Shown here in pieces: positions 48,697 through 58,200 of a stretch of DNA of 64,000 nt; the first letter of the stretch is position 1; the number at the start of each line of letters is the position of its first letter. The translations under genes were made by a program, and so were the position numbers. Origin of the DNA: a virus (taxonomy: Duplodnaviria; Caudoviricetes); IMG/VR virus record IMGVR_UViG_3300028048_000045, positions 128,001-192,000 of that record; one strand, given 5' to 3'. The notes under the pieces are model-generated. The model was not told where the DNA came from. It saw only the letters and a list, made by a program, of their open reading frames with translations, and did no database searches.

Positions 48697-49374
48697 CTAT
48701 CGAATCATATCACTAAGATTAAATTCAGCAAATACTGAGTTTTTACCAAAGTATTTGTTAAATGCTGAAATAATATCAGCTTTGAATGAATTTAATCGTT
48801 TAATAATAAGTTTACCATATTCTGGAGAATAAGGATCAACCTTTTTAGTATTGAGTTCAGCTTCAATTCTTTCAATTTCTGACCAACTTGAATCGTAAGA
48901 AGAAACTGTATCTTCTTTAAGAATCGATTTAACAGTTGCTTTATTGAAACGTTCATCGTTTGAATCTGCAACCTTGTAGCTTGCACGAATAAATTCAATC
49001 TGATTGTTGATTGTTCTGAGTGCGTCATTTACACTAGAAATTGCTTTTGAGAATGGGTCGGGAACATTATGTGAATATTCAGGATTCATTGTTTTAAGAT
49101 GTTCCTTAGCGATTTCTTCAGCAATTTCTTTGATCGAAGCATTTGGCTTGAATTTGTTTTTATAAGCATTGAAAAGCTTATAAATATCAGATGATGAATT
49201 CATCAAACTAGATCTTGTTATTACAGACAATTCTTTGAGTTCATCACCTTTCATAGCAGCACCAGGAATACGTCTGATAACTGTAAAAGGAATAATGTTG
49301 TGGTACGCATGATAATTATATTCATCCAAACACTGTTTAACGAAGATTTTATCTTCCATTGTCATTTCACTCAT
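48697..49374 (-). CDS. Hypothetical protein (225 aa)
   Basis: GGAGG RBS; co-oriented directly after the beta'-N gene. Confidence 0.75.
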   Translation of the reverse strand: MSEMTMEDKIFVKQCLDEYNYHAYHNIIPFTVIRRIPGAAMKGDELKELSVITRSSLMNSSSDIYKLFNAYKNKFKPNASIKEIAEEIAKEHLKTMNPEYSHNVPDPFSKAISSVNDALRTINNQIEFIRASYKVADSNDERFNKATVKSILKEDTVSSYDSSWSEIERIEAELNTKKVDPYSPEYGKLIIKRLNSFKADIISAFNKYFGKNSVFAEFNLSDMIR

Positions 49375-49392
49375 TTTCGAGTTCCTCCATTT

Positions 49393-50892
49393 TTACGCTT
49401 CTTTTTTAAGTTCAGGATTTCTAAAGTTATGACTTTCCTGTGGAACAAATCCGAACAAGAACATACAAAGATCTTTAGGTAAACCGAAAGCATCATTGTA
49501 AACTTTATATCCAGAAACTTTATCTACTATAAGATGTCTAGGTGAGAATGCTTTTCTAAATGCTTCACACACACCAAGTTCTTTAATACTGTAAAGTGAT
49601 AATGTGTCACCATCGAAGTCACCATTCCATGCAATAAGCGATGTTAACGGAACTTTCATATGATTTTCCCTTGCATTAGGAATAACATCAACAACTCTAA
49701 GCATCTGTAAAGAACCAAGATCCATTGTAGGCGGTCTGTTTACAAGACACCACAATCCATCTTTATTATTGGCTATTAACCATTTCATGGTTTCATACAG
49801 AACCGGATTTAATTCATGAGAATATCTCTCAATATCCATCCATTCTGTAATTTCATAAATAGTTCTATCTACAAATGCATTAGTTGTAACTCCACGTTTC
49901 AAACAGTTAATGATTTCATATTTATACAATTCCAAGAATGCTTTATATGAAATAACAATCTGGTCAATACCATAAGTTTCACCAGTATTTGCAGCGATAA
50001 CCAAACGTGATGACCACGACATCTTAGTACCTTGAATGTTGCGTCTAAGTAACTTTTTCTTCCCATCAAGTTTCTGAATAATCATATCATAAAGACTATA
50101 AAGAGACTGCTGAATAGTATAAAGATACTTATTAATATTCATATACTGATTTGTAATCTCAGATTTAGCAATTAATGAGGCATTATTAATAATAACCGAA
50201 TAGGTTGAATTTATTTTATCATACCTCATTGTTTTTTCAGCAGAATTGATAAATGCTGGTCTCAATTCCTGAGACAATACATTTATCTTAGATGTCCAGA
50301 TTCTGTTTTTAAAATGAATTAAAAATTCAGCTTCTCTAGGTTTTCTTTTAATTTTACCATAATAAGCAATAATTTCTTCATATCTTTTATAGAATTCTGT
50401 CATACCGATTTTTGAGAAAGGATGTTTCTTATCGAATTCAGATGTACCAATCAACAGATTTCCCTGAAGGTCAATGTTATCATTAAATGAAATTATATCA
50501 TCTAATGTCGAAGGACCTATGAGATCTTTAATCTTGGCATAAGCCGATGGCTGAATTACCTTATGTGTTCCGATATTAATCCATCCGTTTTTATCAAACA
50601 GAACATCATAGTTATTTTTTACTATCTGATGACAGATCGGACATTCTTTTCCTTCCCAAATTCTTCCAACATAATGGCCACAGTTAGGTGCACAAGAATA
50701 TTCACTAAGGTCAACATTATCATCAACAAGTTTTCCCATTTTATTTGAATAGAGTCCACCTTCCTGAGGAACAATCTTTTTCTTTACAAATTTAATACCA
50801 TCTTTATTGGATAGAGTTACAGCTTCCCCTTTCAATACCTGGTCAAAATGAATAGCTTCTTGGTTTTGATATCTTAGATATTTTGTTCCCAT
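49393..50892 (-). CDS. Split RNA polymerase beta'-like subunit, N-terminal part with the catalytic loop (probably non-virion RNAP)
   Basis: GGLYS, Zn ribbon CAPNCG...ECPIC, GWINI, ELRP, SSRLVI, VNRPPT, and the catalytic NGDFDGD. Confidence 0.92.
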   Translation of the reverse strand: MGTKYLRYQNQEAIHFDQVLKGEAVTLSNKDGIKFVKKKIVPQEGGLYSNKMGKLVDDNVDLSEYSCAPNCGHYVGRIWEGKECPICHQIVKNNYDVLFDKNGWINIGTHKVIQPSAYAKIKDLIGPSTLDDIISFNDNIDLQGNLLIGTSEFDKKHPFSKIGMTEFYKRYEEIIAYYGKIKRKPREAEFLIHFKNRIWTSKINVLSQELRPAFINSAEKTMRYDKINSTYSVIINNASLIAKSEITNQYMNINKYLYTIQQSLYSLYDMIIQKLDGKKKLLRRNIQGTKMSWSSRLVIAANTGETYGIDQIVISYKAFLELYKYEIINCLKRGVTTNAFVDRTIYEITEWMDIERYSHELNPVLYETMKWLIANNKDGLWCLVNRPPTMDLGSLQMLRVVDVIPNARENHMKVPLTSLIAWNGDFDGDTLSLYSIKELGVCEAFRKAFSPRHLIVDKVSGYKVYNDAFGLPKDLCMFLFGFVPQESHNFRNPELKKEA

Positions 50893-50968
50893 TTCATTTC
50901 TCCTATTACTAAAAATAAAAGAACTAGATATATTTCAATCTAGTCCTCAAATTTAATTTGGTATTGAA

Positions 50969-51895
50969 TTAGAAGCTCATGTTCTGCCAACCATTGTTAT
51001 AATTGTAGTTGCCACCATTGTACATTCCGCCACCAATATTACCGCGTGGAGAACCAAGCAATTGAGAAGCAAGGTTAAGAGCAGTATCAAGTTCAGAAGA
51101 CATCTTGTTAGCAGTGTTACCATAAGATGTAGCACGAACTGCTGGAGTAAGTGTTCTGTTTGCATTATTTGCTACGTTAATTGCAGCGTTTGCAATCTGA
51201 TATACTCCCTGAATTTTTGTATTGTTTGACTTAGATACAACGGATCTAACAATAGAACCGATAAATGGAATAGGAAGAATACTTCCAATTCTGGAAGCGA
51301 TTGATTTAGAATCATCCGCCAATTTATCAGCAACAAATGGTGCAACAAGTGTTGTAAGACCGATGGCTGCACGTGTCTTTGTGAAACTATCAATAGGCAT
51401 AACCTGCATTCCATTAGCTTTAGCTGTAGCCTGATCCATAGTTTTCTTAATAAGAGCATGCGCTGGTGTATAAAGATTTACCAAGTTAACAATGTTTCTG
51501 ATATCGTTAAATGTCATAACACCATTCAATTTTTCATCAATCTTGGCCTGACATTTTCCACCGAAAGCAATAGTATCAACTGCCTGGAAAACTGGTAACG
51601 CAGAAGCAATACCCAAACAAAGCAAATCATTTTTATTAACATGATATGGTGTAGGATCCTTACGATGCTTAAATACATCAGCAATTACTGGGATAGCATT
51701 TGCACCTGTTGTTACAATTGCAGATGTTAATGCTGCTTTCTTTTTACGATTCATGATAATTTTAGCATCAGAATCCCCAGTATTTACAGATTCCTGCTGT
51801 GCTTCAGCACCTTCATACACTGTTTCAGCATTGAAGTCACCATATTTAATTTCTTCTGAATCACCTTTGTTTTCATATGCATTGATCTTTTCCAT
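50969..51895 (-). CDS. Ala/Gly-rich protein with amphipathic or hydrophobic helices and a GN-rich tail
   Basis: GGGAGG RBS; segments such as AAIGLTTLVAPFV and IGSILPIPFIGSIV. Confidence 0.75.
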   Translation of the reverse strand: MEKINAYENKGDSEEIKYGDFNAETVYEGAEAQQESVNTGDSDAKIIMNRKKKAALTSAIVTTGANAIPVIADVFKHRKDPTPYHVNKNDLLCLGIASALPVFQAVDTIAFGGKCQAKIDEKLNGVMTFNDIRNIVNLVNLYTPAHALIKKTMDQATAKANGMQVMPIDSFTKTRAAIGLTTLVAPFVADKLADDSKSIASRIGSILPIPFIGSIVRSVVSKSNNTKIQGVYQIANAAINVANNANRTLTPAVRATSYGNTANKMSSELDTALNLASQLLGSPRGNIGGGMYNGGNYNYNNGWQNMSF

Positions 51896-51912
51896 CTTCT
51901 AATTCCTCCCTT

Positions 51913-53049
51913 TTAGGCGGTAGCCTTTTCATTTTTAACGGTTTCTTTTTTTGTTGGAAGCTCTTTTACTTCAAGCTTTGGCAAAGCTGCTGGTTTTACA
52001 ACCTCAGTATTTCCAGCAACTTTCTTACTTTTAATCATGTTTGAAATTGAAGTTACTGCTACACCACCGATATTTCCATAAACAGAAGTATCAAGCTGTC
52101 CATTAATAGATTTTCTTGTAGCATACTTAGCAATAATTTCATAAGCTTCACAAGGCTGACCTTCAGTGATAGAATATGAACATCCATCGATAGACTTAAG
52201 ATCTTTAATATCTTTAAAGTTTCTTACACTCTGAAGAACAGTTTTGCTTACAGCAGACAATGCACCAAATGATGTCAATGCTTTTACAACACCATTATTC
52301 TTGGCTTTTTCTGGAAGGAATTTGTTAAGAGCATTAGATGCTGCGAATGGAACAACGAATCCAATACCAACATGTTCAGCAGCATACTTAAACTTTTCTT
52401 TATTAATTGCTTTATTAATAAGATCAGCTTCTGCTGATGAAATATTGTTTGGATCAAACAAACCTTCTACAGTATCTTTGTTTCCTGAGAACCAATAAGC
52501 TGATGCGAAATCAACCAATGATCCGACAACACCAACACCAAGAACATTCTTAGTATTGAAATTTTCTGTTTTATGAAGATATGAATCAGAAAGATACTGA
52601 AGTGCAGCACCTGTTGAAATGTTAGCAAGTGCACATCCTGCATTTGTAATATTTTCAGCACGAGATTTTGTTTTATCAAAACCTGTAAGTTTCATAACAA
52701 CCTTTGCTGCTTTTGATCTGTCTTCCATCATAATGGTTGACTTAAACTGTGCGAATGTTTTATTAAGTGCTTCATTACGAGATGCATTTGTAACTGGATG
52801 TGGTTTAACACCATTAACTCCAACTTTTGTAGAATTAGAATGTACAATTCTATTCATATATTCTGAAGCGTCAAAATTGTCATTTCTAACTGGACCTGTA
52901 GGGTTGTTAGATTTAACACTTCCTTCAACATTTGCCTGGCTGACGATTTTATTCAAAGCGTCAGCCTCGACATTAGCTGTAAATTCTTCGCCAAGTACAG
53001 CACGAATTCTTCTACTTGGATCTATTGAATTACCATCATTAATAGCCAT
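51913..53049 (-). CDS. Ala/Gly-rich protein with amphipathic or hydrophobic helices
   Basis: AAGGAGG RBS; segments VLGVGVVGSLVDFA, HVGIGFVVPFAA and GNIGGVAV. Confidence 0.75.
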   Translation of the reverse strand: MAINDGNSIDPSRRIRAVLGEEFTANVEADALNKIVSQANVEGSVKSNNPTGPVRNDNFDASEYMNRIVHSNSTKVGVNGVKPHPVTNASRNEALNKTFAQFKSTIMMEDRSKAAKVVMKLTGFDKTKSRAENITNAGCALANISTGAALQYLSDSYLHKTENFNTKNVLGVGVVGSLVDFASAYWFSGNKDTVEGLFDPNNISSAEADLINKAINKEKFKYAAEHVGIGFVVPFAASNALNKFLPEKAKNNGVVKALTSFGALSAVSKTVLQSVRNFKDIKDLKSIDGCSYSITEGQPCEAYEIIAKYATRKSINGQLDTSVYGNIGGVAVTSISNMIKSKKVAGNTEVVKPAALPKLEVKELPTKKETVKNEKATA

Positions 53050-53084
53050 TTTCGAGGCCTCCTTACAATTAAATTATATAAACG

Positions 53085-55862
53085 TTAATTATTTTGTCCT
53101 AAGAAATCCAACATGATGTTAGTCGCATTAATAAGGAATTTCTGGAATGTACCAAGTTCTGACTGATCAAGAGACTTGTAGTATTCCATTTCTTTCTGCT
53201 TATTAAGGAGATTAATTGTATCATCAGAGTTTCTGTCAGAAAGAGCAGTAATAGAAATTTTCTGAATATTTCTAATAACGTTTCCATTTTCGATATTCAT
53301 CAAACAATCAGGCATAATGTCGAATGTCATGTACTTAGGAGAAATGAATACTTCAAAACCGCGAGACTTAATAAATTCATTTCTTCCCTGCTGAGTTGTC
53401 AAATCATATCTAGACCAGAGATCTCTCTGTTCACGATAACGACTCTGAATTCCCTGAGGTGAGAAATATCTTATATCAAGACGACCTTTTTCTGATGGAA
53501 GAACTCCATCCAATTTTCTTCTTGATGGTGGAAGTATGAATGTCTGCATACATTCGAGTGGCTGACATTTCTTAATCATAGAAAGTTCGAAACCATCGTG
53601 ATTATCAAGCATTCTTACTACTGCAGGTGTCAACAGATTATCTCTATCAAATTCGAATGAGATAGAGTATGGTGTTCCTGGACCATAATTCAATCTATGC
53701 TCTTTAATGATACAAGCACAGATAACCTGAATACCATCATTAACAATTACAGAATTACATTCTGTATACTGTGTGATAATATATTCAACGAATCTCTGAT
53801 TTGCAGGAATTGTTGGATTGCGCAATCTTAAATCGTTTCTGATATATCTTGCAGACAAGATGAACTGTGGGTCATAATTATCTACTGAAATATCAGGCAT
53901 TCTGTTAAGATCTTTATAAATCTGATTTCTGTGAACAGATTTAATATCCTTTTCAGTTTTCTTATCAAGAACTACAACACCAACAAAGTTTGTTGCTGGT
54001 TTTGGAGAATAATAAGTAGAACTTCCAGGACGTTTAGAATCAGGATCGCCTTTTTCAAACATATCAAGATACATCTGTTCAGTTGTGTAACTGATAACAT
54101 AGTTATTAGCAATGTTAATCTTATATCTTGGTTTAATGTAATCAAATGCAATCAATTTCTTCAAAGCGAAAACCGTAGCAATAGCACATTCACGACAAAT
54201 ATCACTATAAATGATACGTGTCTTAATACCATGCTTAGGAACTTTGAACTGGAATGGAAGTTTTCTATTGAACAACAATGGATGATTGTTGTACTGAGAA
54301 GAATCTTCAGTATCAATACAAATTACACGAACGCCAGTACTAAAGTCGATGATTGGATAATATCCGCAAGATTCTTTAATAGAAACTTTACATCTTACCT
54401 GTGACATATCGGCAATTCTTGTAGATTCCATTACCTGTGTAAGAATTCCATAAAATTCAGTTTTCTTGAATTCTGAGAATAAATCTTTCTGTTCATCAAA
54501 GATAGAAGTATTTTCTTCAGCGATATTATCATCAATATCCCAAACACATCTATCAATTCCATACTTAGACTGTTCTGCAGCTTCTTTACGACGCTTTTCT
54601 TTAATAGCTGTAATGTTTTCATCTTCAATATTGTTAGGATCATCTCCAACATTTGAAGTTTCAACAACTGGCTGAATTTCACCATTAAACTTTTTCTGTT
54701 CGATGAGTTCAGCAAATTCACCAGCTACAAGAATCCAAAGTGCAGCTTTAGCAGCAGGATTTTTAAAATCCACATACTTGTAGTATTTACCATATTCAAA
54801 ACAATACTGTTCCTGAATAAGTTTTCTGTCTTCTTTAGATGAATAACCTTCAAGATAATTGATAAGAGCATTTTCTGTAAACGCACTCTGAATTTCAGCA
54901 ACACGTTTCTTAAATGCTTTCTTCATGAAATCTGCAAGACTACCATCTGATTCAGTTTCAAAATATTCTTTTTCTTCTGGTGACAGATTAGGTTCTTCCT
55001 GTTCAGTTTCATGCTTATCCATTTCTTCAACAGCTTTTTCAAGTTTTTCAGTTTCAAATTTTTCTTCTTTTGATTCTTCTTTAACTTCTTCTGTCGATTC
55101 TTCATGAATTTCTTCAGTAGTAGGAGTCACATCAATTGATTCCTCTTCAATCTTAACAGGTTCTGTAGTAGGAGCATCAATTTCAGATTCAGTATCTTCT
55201 TCAAATCCAACATCTTTAATTTCAACTTCTTCAGTTGTTTCTTCAGCGGATTCAGAAGTTTCTTCAGGAATAGATTCGCCTTCAACAGCTTTCATTCCAT
55301 TATCAACTAAATCTTCCAGAATCTTTTCTTCAGATTCAGAATCTTCTTCAGTAGTTGTTGTTTCTTCTTCATCAGTTTCTGCAGCTTCTTCAACATCAGC
55401 AAGCTGACCAATTATAACTGCATCACCTTCATAAAATTCCTTTTCTTCAGATTCAGAAGGTTTATCTTCTACCTTTTCATCTGCAATTTCAGGATTGTCA
55501 TCAATTCCAGGTCTTTCTAATGAATCTGTTTGATCATCTTCATCAACAATTGTTGTTTCATCAAAATCAAACAATTCATCAGAATTATCTTCTTCATTTT
55601 CAACCTTTACAGGTTTGTCATCAGAATCAAATGTGTAATCCGAATAATCTTCAGTAGATTCAGCATCATTTACTGTACCAACTTCTACCTCATTTTCTTC
55701 AAACGGTTCATCTGAAGACCCGAACAAATCATCAACATCGATTGTTCCAGGTTTAAATTTGTCGAAATCATCATCGTCATCAAACGATTTTGCCATTTCT
55801 TCTACCTCCTCATTTGGCGTTTTTACAATTTCCTCTTCTATTTGTTGATCATTCTCAATCAT
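53085..55862 (-). CDS. 925-aa protein: about 300-aa D/E-rich disordered N-terminus plus globular C-terminal domains
   Basis: Low-complexity acidic N-terminus; translationally coupled (ATGA-type overlap) to the upstream gene. Confidence 0.8.
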   Translation of the reverse strand: MIENDQQIEEEIVKTPNEEVEEMAKSFDDDDDFDKFKPGTIDVDDLFGSSDEPFEENEVEVGTVNDAESTEDYSDYTFDSDDKPVKVENEEDNSDELFDFDETTIVDEDDQTDSLERPGIDDNPEIADEKVEDKPSESEEKEFYEGDAVIIGQLADVEEAAETDEEETTTTEEDSESEEKILEDLVDNGMKAVEGESIPEETSESAEETTEEVEIKDVGFEEDTESEIDAPTTEPVKIEEESIDVTPTTEEIHEESTEEVKEESKEEKFETEKLEKAVEEMDKHETEQEEPNLSPEEKEYFETESDGSLADFMKKAFKKRVAEIQSAFTENALINYLEGYSSKEDRKLIQEQYCFEYGKYYKYVDFKNPAAKAALWILVAGEFAELIEQKKFNGEIQPVVETSNVGDDPNNIEDENITAIKEKRRKEAAEQSKYGIDRCVWDIDDNIAEENTSIFDEQKDLFSEFKKTEFYGILTQVMESTRIADMSQVRCKVSIKESCGYYPIIDFSTGVRVICIDTEDSSQYNNHPLLFNRKLPFQFKVPKHGIKTRIIYSDICRECAIATVFALKKLIAFDYIKPRYKINIANNYVISYTTEQMYLDMFEKGDPDSKRPGSSTYYSPKPATNFVGVVVLDKKTEKDIKSVHRNQIYKDLNRMPDISVDNYDPQFILSARYIRNDLRLRNPTIPANQRFVEYIITQYTECNSVIVNDGIQVICACIIKEHRLNYGPGTPYSISFEFDRDNLLTPAVVRMLDNHDGFELSMIKKCQPLECMQTFILPPSRRKLDGVLPSEKGRLDIRYFSPQGIQSRYREQRDLWSRYDLTTQQGRNEFIKSRGFEVFISPKYMTFDIMPDCLMNIENGNVIRNIQKISITALSDRNSDDTINLLNKQKEMEYYKSLDQSELGTFQKFLINATNIMLDFLGQNN

Positions 55863-56281
55863 TTTGTGTGAGAGTCAGAAGAATCTGACTCATTATTAAC
55901 CACCTCCGATTTACCAAACATTTTTTCAAATTCTGGATCATTTGTAATATCATTAGAACCCATATTAACAGGTTCTGTAGTAGCAGGTTGTGTTTTTTGT
56001 TGTGTCGGTTGTGGTGTAATAGGTTTAGGTGAACCGGAAAACCAATTGTCTTCATTTCCACCCTTCTTCCAAGGATCTTTTTGTTCCTGACCAGCATGTC
56101 CAAACATTTTCATAAATGCCGGATCATTTGTAATATCATCTGGTGCAGTTTTTCTATTTTCTTTTTGTTTTGCAATAATATCTAATGGAACCCCATTAGA
56201 ATCCACTCTGACACCTGTAGTTTTAGGTCTTTTTGCTCCCTTCATAGGATCTGACGCAATAAATTGTACATTGTTGTCCAT
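55859..56281 (-). CDS. Disordered protein with two copies of DITNDPxFxKMFG
   Basis: GGAGG RBS; the internal repeat is visible in both protein and DNA. Confidence 0.75.
   Translation of the reverse strand: MDNNVQFIASDPMKGAKRPKTTGVRVDSNGVPLDIIAKQKENRKTAPDDITNDPAFMKMFGHAGQEQKDPWKKGGNEDNWFSGSPKPITPQPTQQKTQPATTEPVNMGSNDITNDPEFEKMFGKSEVVNNESDSSDSHTK
55914..56139. repeat. Two approximately 40-bp intragenic direct repeats (55914-55953 and 56100-56139)
   Basis: CCAAACATTTT...GGATCATTTGTAATATCAT in both copies. Confidence 0.8.
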
Positions 56282-56401
56282 AATAGGATTCCTCCACTTA
56301 AATTTTTATAAAAGTATATAAATTAAAATTACTTTAATATCCCTATACTGCAAATTTAATATATTTTAATATATTACATAATTTAACAAATTAAAGCAAA
56401 A

Positions 56402-56413
56402 AACATCATTATA
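56402..56413 (+). promoter_or_regulatory. Late-type promoter AACA-N6-TA
   Basis: Plus strand AACA TCATTA TA. Confidence 0.6.
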
Positions 56414-56436
56414 TATACTAAAATAGGAGAAATTTT

Positions 56437-58041
56437 ATGGATTTTTTTAATTTTTTCCCTAGTTTGGAAAAATCAAATGAAGCATATTTTGGTTTAGATT
56501 CTCCATTATCTCAAGATCTTATTAATTATGCTAGTAAGTTAAAAGAACTAATACAAAATGTAGACGATACCAAATTCAAAAATAGAGAATTTATGAAAAA
56601 AGTAAATTCAATACTTATTGATTTTGGTGAAGCTGTTAAATTAGATGTTAACGCAGAAAGTGTAAAATTCTTATTAATTCCAGATGATACATTAAACGCT
56701 GCAGCTTATCCAATATTTATAAGAGCAAATACAACTGTAAAAGATAAAAATGGTAATATAAATATTGACTTGGATAAAATTATAGATATCGAAGATATCA
56801 TTGTTACATCTGAAGGTTATAAATACCGAAATAGTAAAAATAAACTTTTATGTGTAAAACTTAATAAAGGTTTAATTCAGAAATGTGAACCTGAAATCAT
56901 TGCTGGTGTAATAGCTCATGAATTAGGTCATTGTTTCCAAGATGGTATTTTTGGAGTTTATAAAGATGTTGCAGATATAACATTTTCACAAATGATGACA
57001 GCTAGTGCTCATGCTGTAGAAATGTTTAGAAACAGTATGCCTAAATTCATTCAAGGATTAACTAAGATTGTGGGTTTTAGATTTTTGTTTATAATTTTCA
57101 CTTATTTATGTTTTCCACAATATTTATTCACATCTGGTTTACTTTCCGGATTAGGTGCAAAATTAGCAAAGTTATCTAATAACTTAGCACATAAAAATAC
57201 AACACTACGAATGAAAGATCAGCTTGAGAAAATTGACGATGGTGATGATAAAACTAGATCTAGTTTACAAAATAGCCAAGCAACACAAATATTAACATAC
57301 ATCAATAAAGATAATGATCGTAATAAATTTATTAAAGATCTAGAAAAAAATAATAAAGATGAGTGGAAAATATATTTGGAGAATTGTAAAAACTTAGAAC
57401 CAGTTGGTGGTAAGTTTAAAGAATTCTGGGAAAGAATGGTTCGTAAATTTGACAATATGGATACTAGATTAGTTAGATTACTAACATTATCTAGATTCAC
57501 AAATAAAACTTATTTCAAAGTAACATTCTTCAAGCGATGGGAATTTTTCGCAGATATCTTCGCTACATCATACGGATTTGGACCAGAAACATACAGTTTC
57601 TTATCATCAATAGTTGATGATTATTTGGAAAAAAATAATGGTATGAGTATGTACGATAAATATCATATTTATAAGACATATTTGGAAACTTGTGAATATG
57701 ATGTGCATGGTACAAATAAACAAAGATTACAAAATATGTACACTGATCTTGTACACGAAATTCAAACTAATACACATTTAACTACTGATCAGAAAAAACA
57801 AATTCAATTGCAAATTGATCAATTAACTGCTATAAGTGAACAGGTTTATCAAAATCGTAAATCTAATAGTAAGTCTCTATTTACAAAAGCTTATAACAAA
57901 TTGATTGATGATCGTATTAATGGTATTAGTCATGATACTGAAGAAAAAATATTAAAACCTATTGATGATTTGTGTAAAGAAGTTTTTGTTGGAAAATACA
58001 AAAAAGAAATCCAAAACAGTATTGAGCATTTGATCGTATAA
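56437..58041 (+). CDS. Zincin (M48-like) metalloprotease, probably virion-packaged
   Basis: LNAAA, IAGVIAHELGH, third-ligand motif EFFAD.FA..YG, a downstream DVHG...RL segment, and an internal hydrophobic segment. Confidence 0.8.
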   Translation: MDFFNFFPSLEKSNEAYFGLDSPLSQDLINYASKLKELIQNVDDTKFKNREFMKKVNSILIDFGEAVKLDVNAESVKFLLIPDDTLNAAAYPIFIRANTTVKDKNGNINIDLDKIIDIEDIIVTSEGYKYRNSKNKLLCVKLNKGLIQKCEPEIIAGVIAHELGHCFQDGIFGVYKDVADITFSQMMTASAHAVEMFRNSMPKFIQGLTKIVGFRFLFIIFTYLCFPQYLFTSGLLSGLGAKLAKLSNNLAHKNTTLRMKDQLEKIDDGDDKTRSSLQNSQATQILTYINKDNDRNKFIKDLEKNNKDEWKIYLENCKNLEPVGGKFKEFWERMVRKFDNMDTRLVRLLTLSRFTNKTYFKVTFFKRWEFFADIFATSYGFGPETYSFLSSIVDDYLEKNNGMSMYDKYHIYKTYLETCEYDVHGTNKQRLQNMYTDLVHEIQTNTHLTTDQKKQIQLQIDQLTAISEQVYQNRKSNSKSLFTKAYNKLIDDRINGISHDTEEKILKPIDDLCKEVFVGKYKKEIQNSIEHLIV

Positions 58042-58059
58042 AAAAAATCAAAGCAGAAT

Positions 58060-58200
58060 TATAAGAAACGCATTCGGATTTTATGCATTTACCTAGTATT
58101 CGAGCACTTACGTGACCGGTTTACATGTCCTGTTGCCCCTTTCGGGGACTTGCGTCAAGACTCTCTCCTACTAGGCTGTAAACCTATGATTCTTCTTAGA
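58060..58200 (-). ncRNA. Unclassified structured ncRNA (pseudoknot, three GNRA tetraloops)
   Basis: GC-enriched, ORF-free island. Minus-strand helices: GGUUUACA/UGUAAACC, CCUAGUA/UACUAGG, GAC-GCAA-GUC, CCC-GAAA-GGG, CAC-GUAA-GUG. Own TTATATATTTT motif at 58218-58208. Confidence 0.7.

Noticed and set aside
54950-55800. Tandem DNA repeat in the TCTTC-rich region
   Set aside because: It is explained by the Glu/Asp codon bias of the acidic IDR and has no fixed period.
50969-55862. Chimallin (ChmA) upstream of beta'-N
   Set aside because: The sizes and composition of these ORFs do not match, and I recognise no ChmA features. Absence cannot be proven without a profile search.
58060-58200. Assignment of the ncRNA to HDV/theta ribozyme, SRP RNA, RNase P, SAM-I or tRNA
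   Set aside because: HDV needs a 3-bp P3 with a YCC-containing L3 between P2 and P1', which is absent. The SRP helix-8 consensus CAGG...AGCA is only loosely mimicked (CAAG...GGCA). There is no RNase P P4 partner, no SAM-I core and no cloverleaf.
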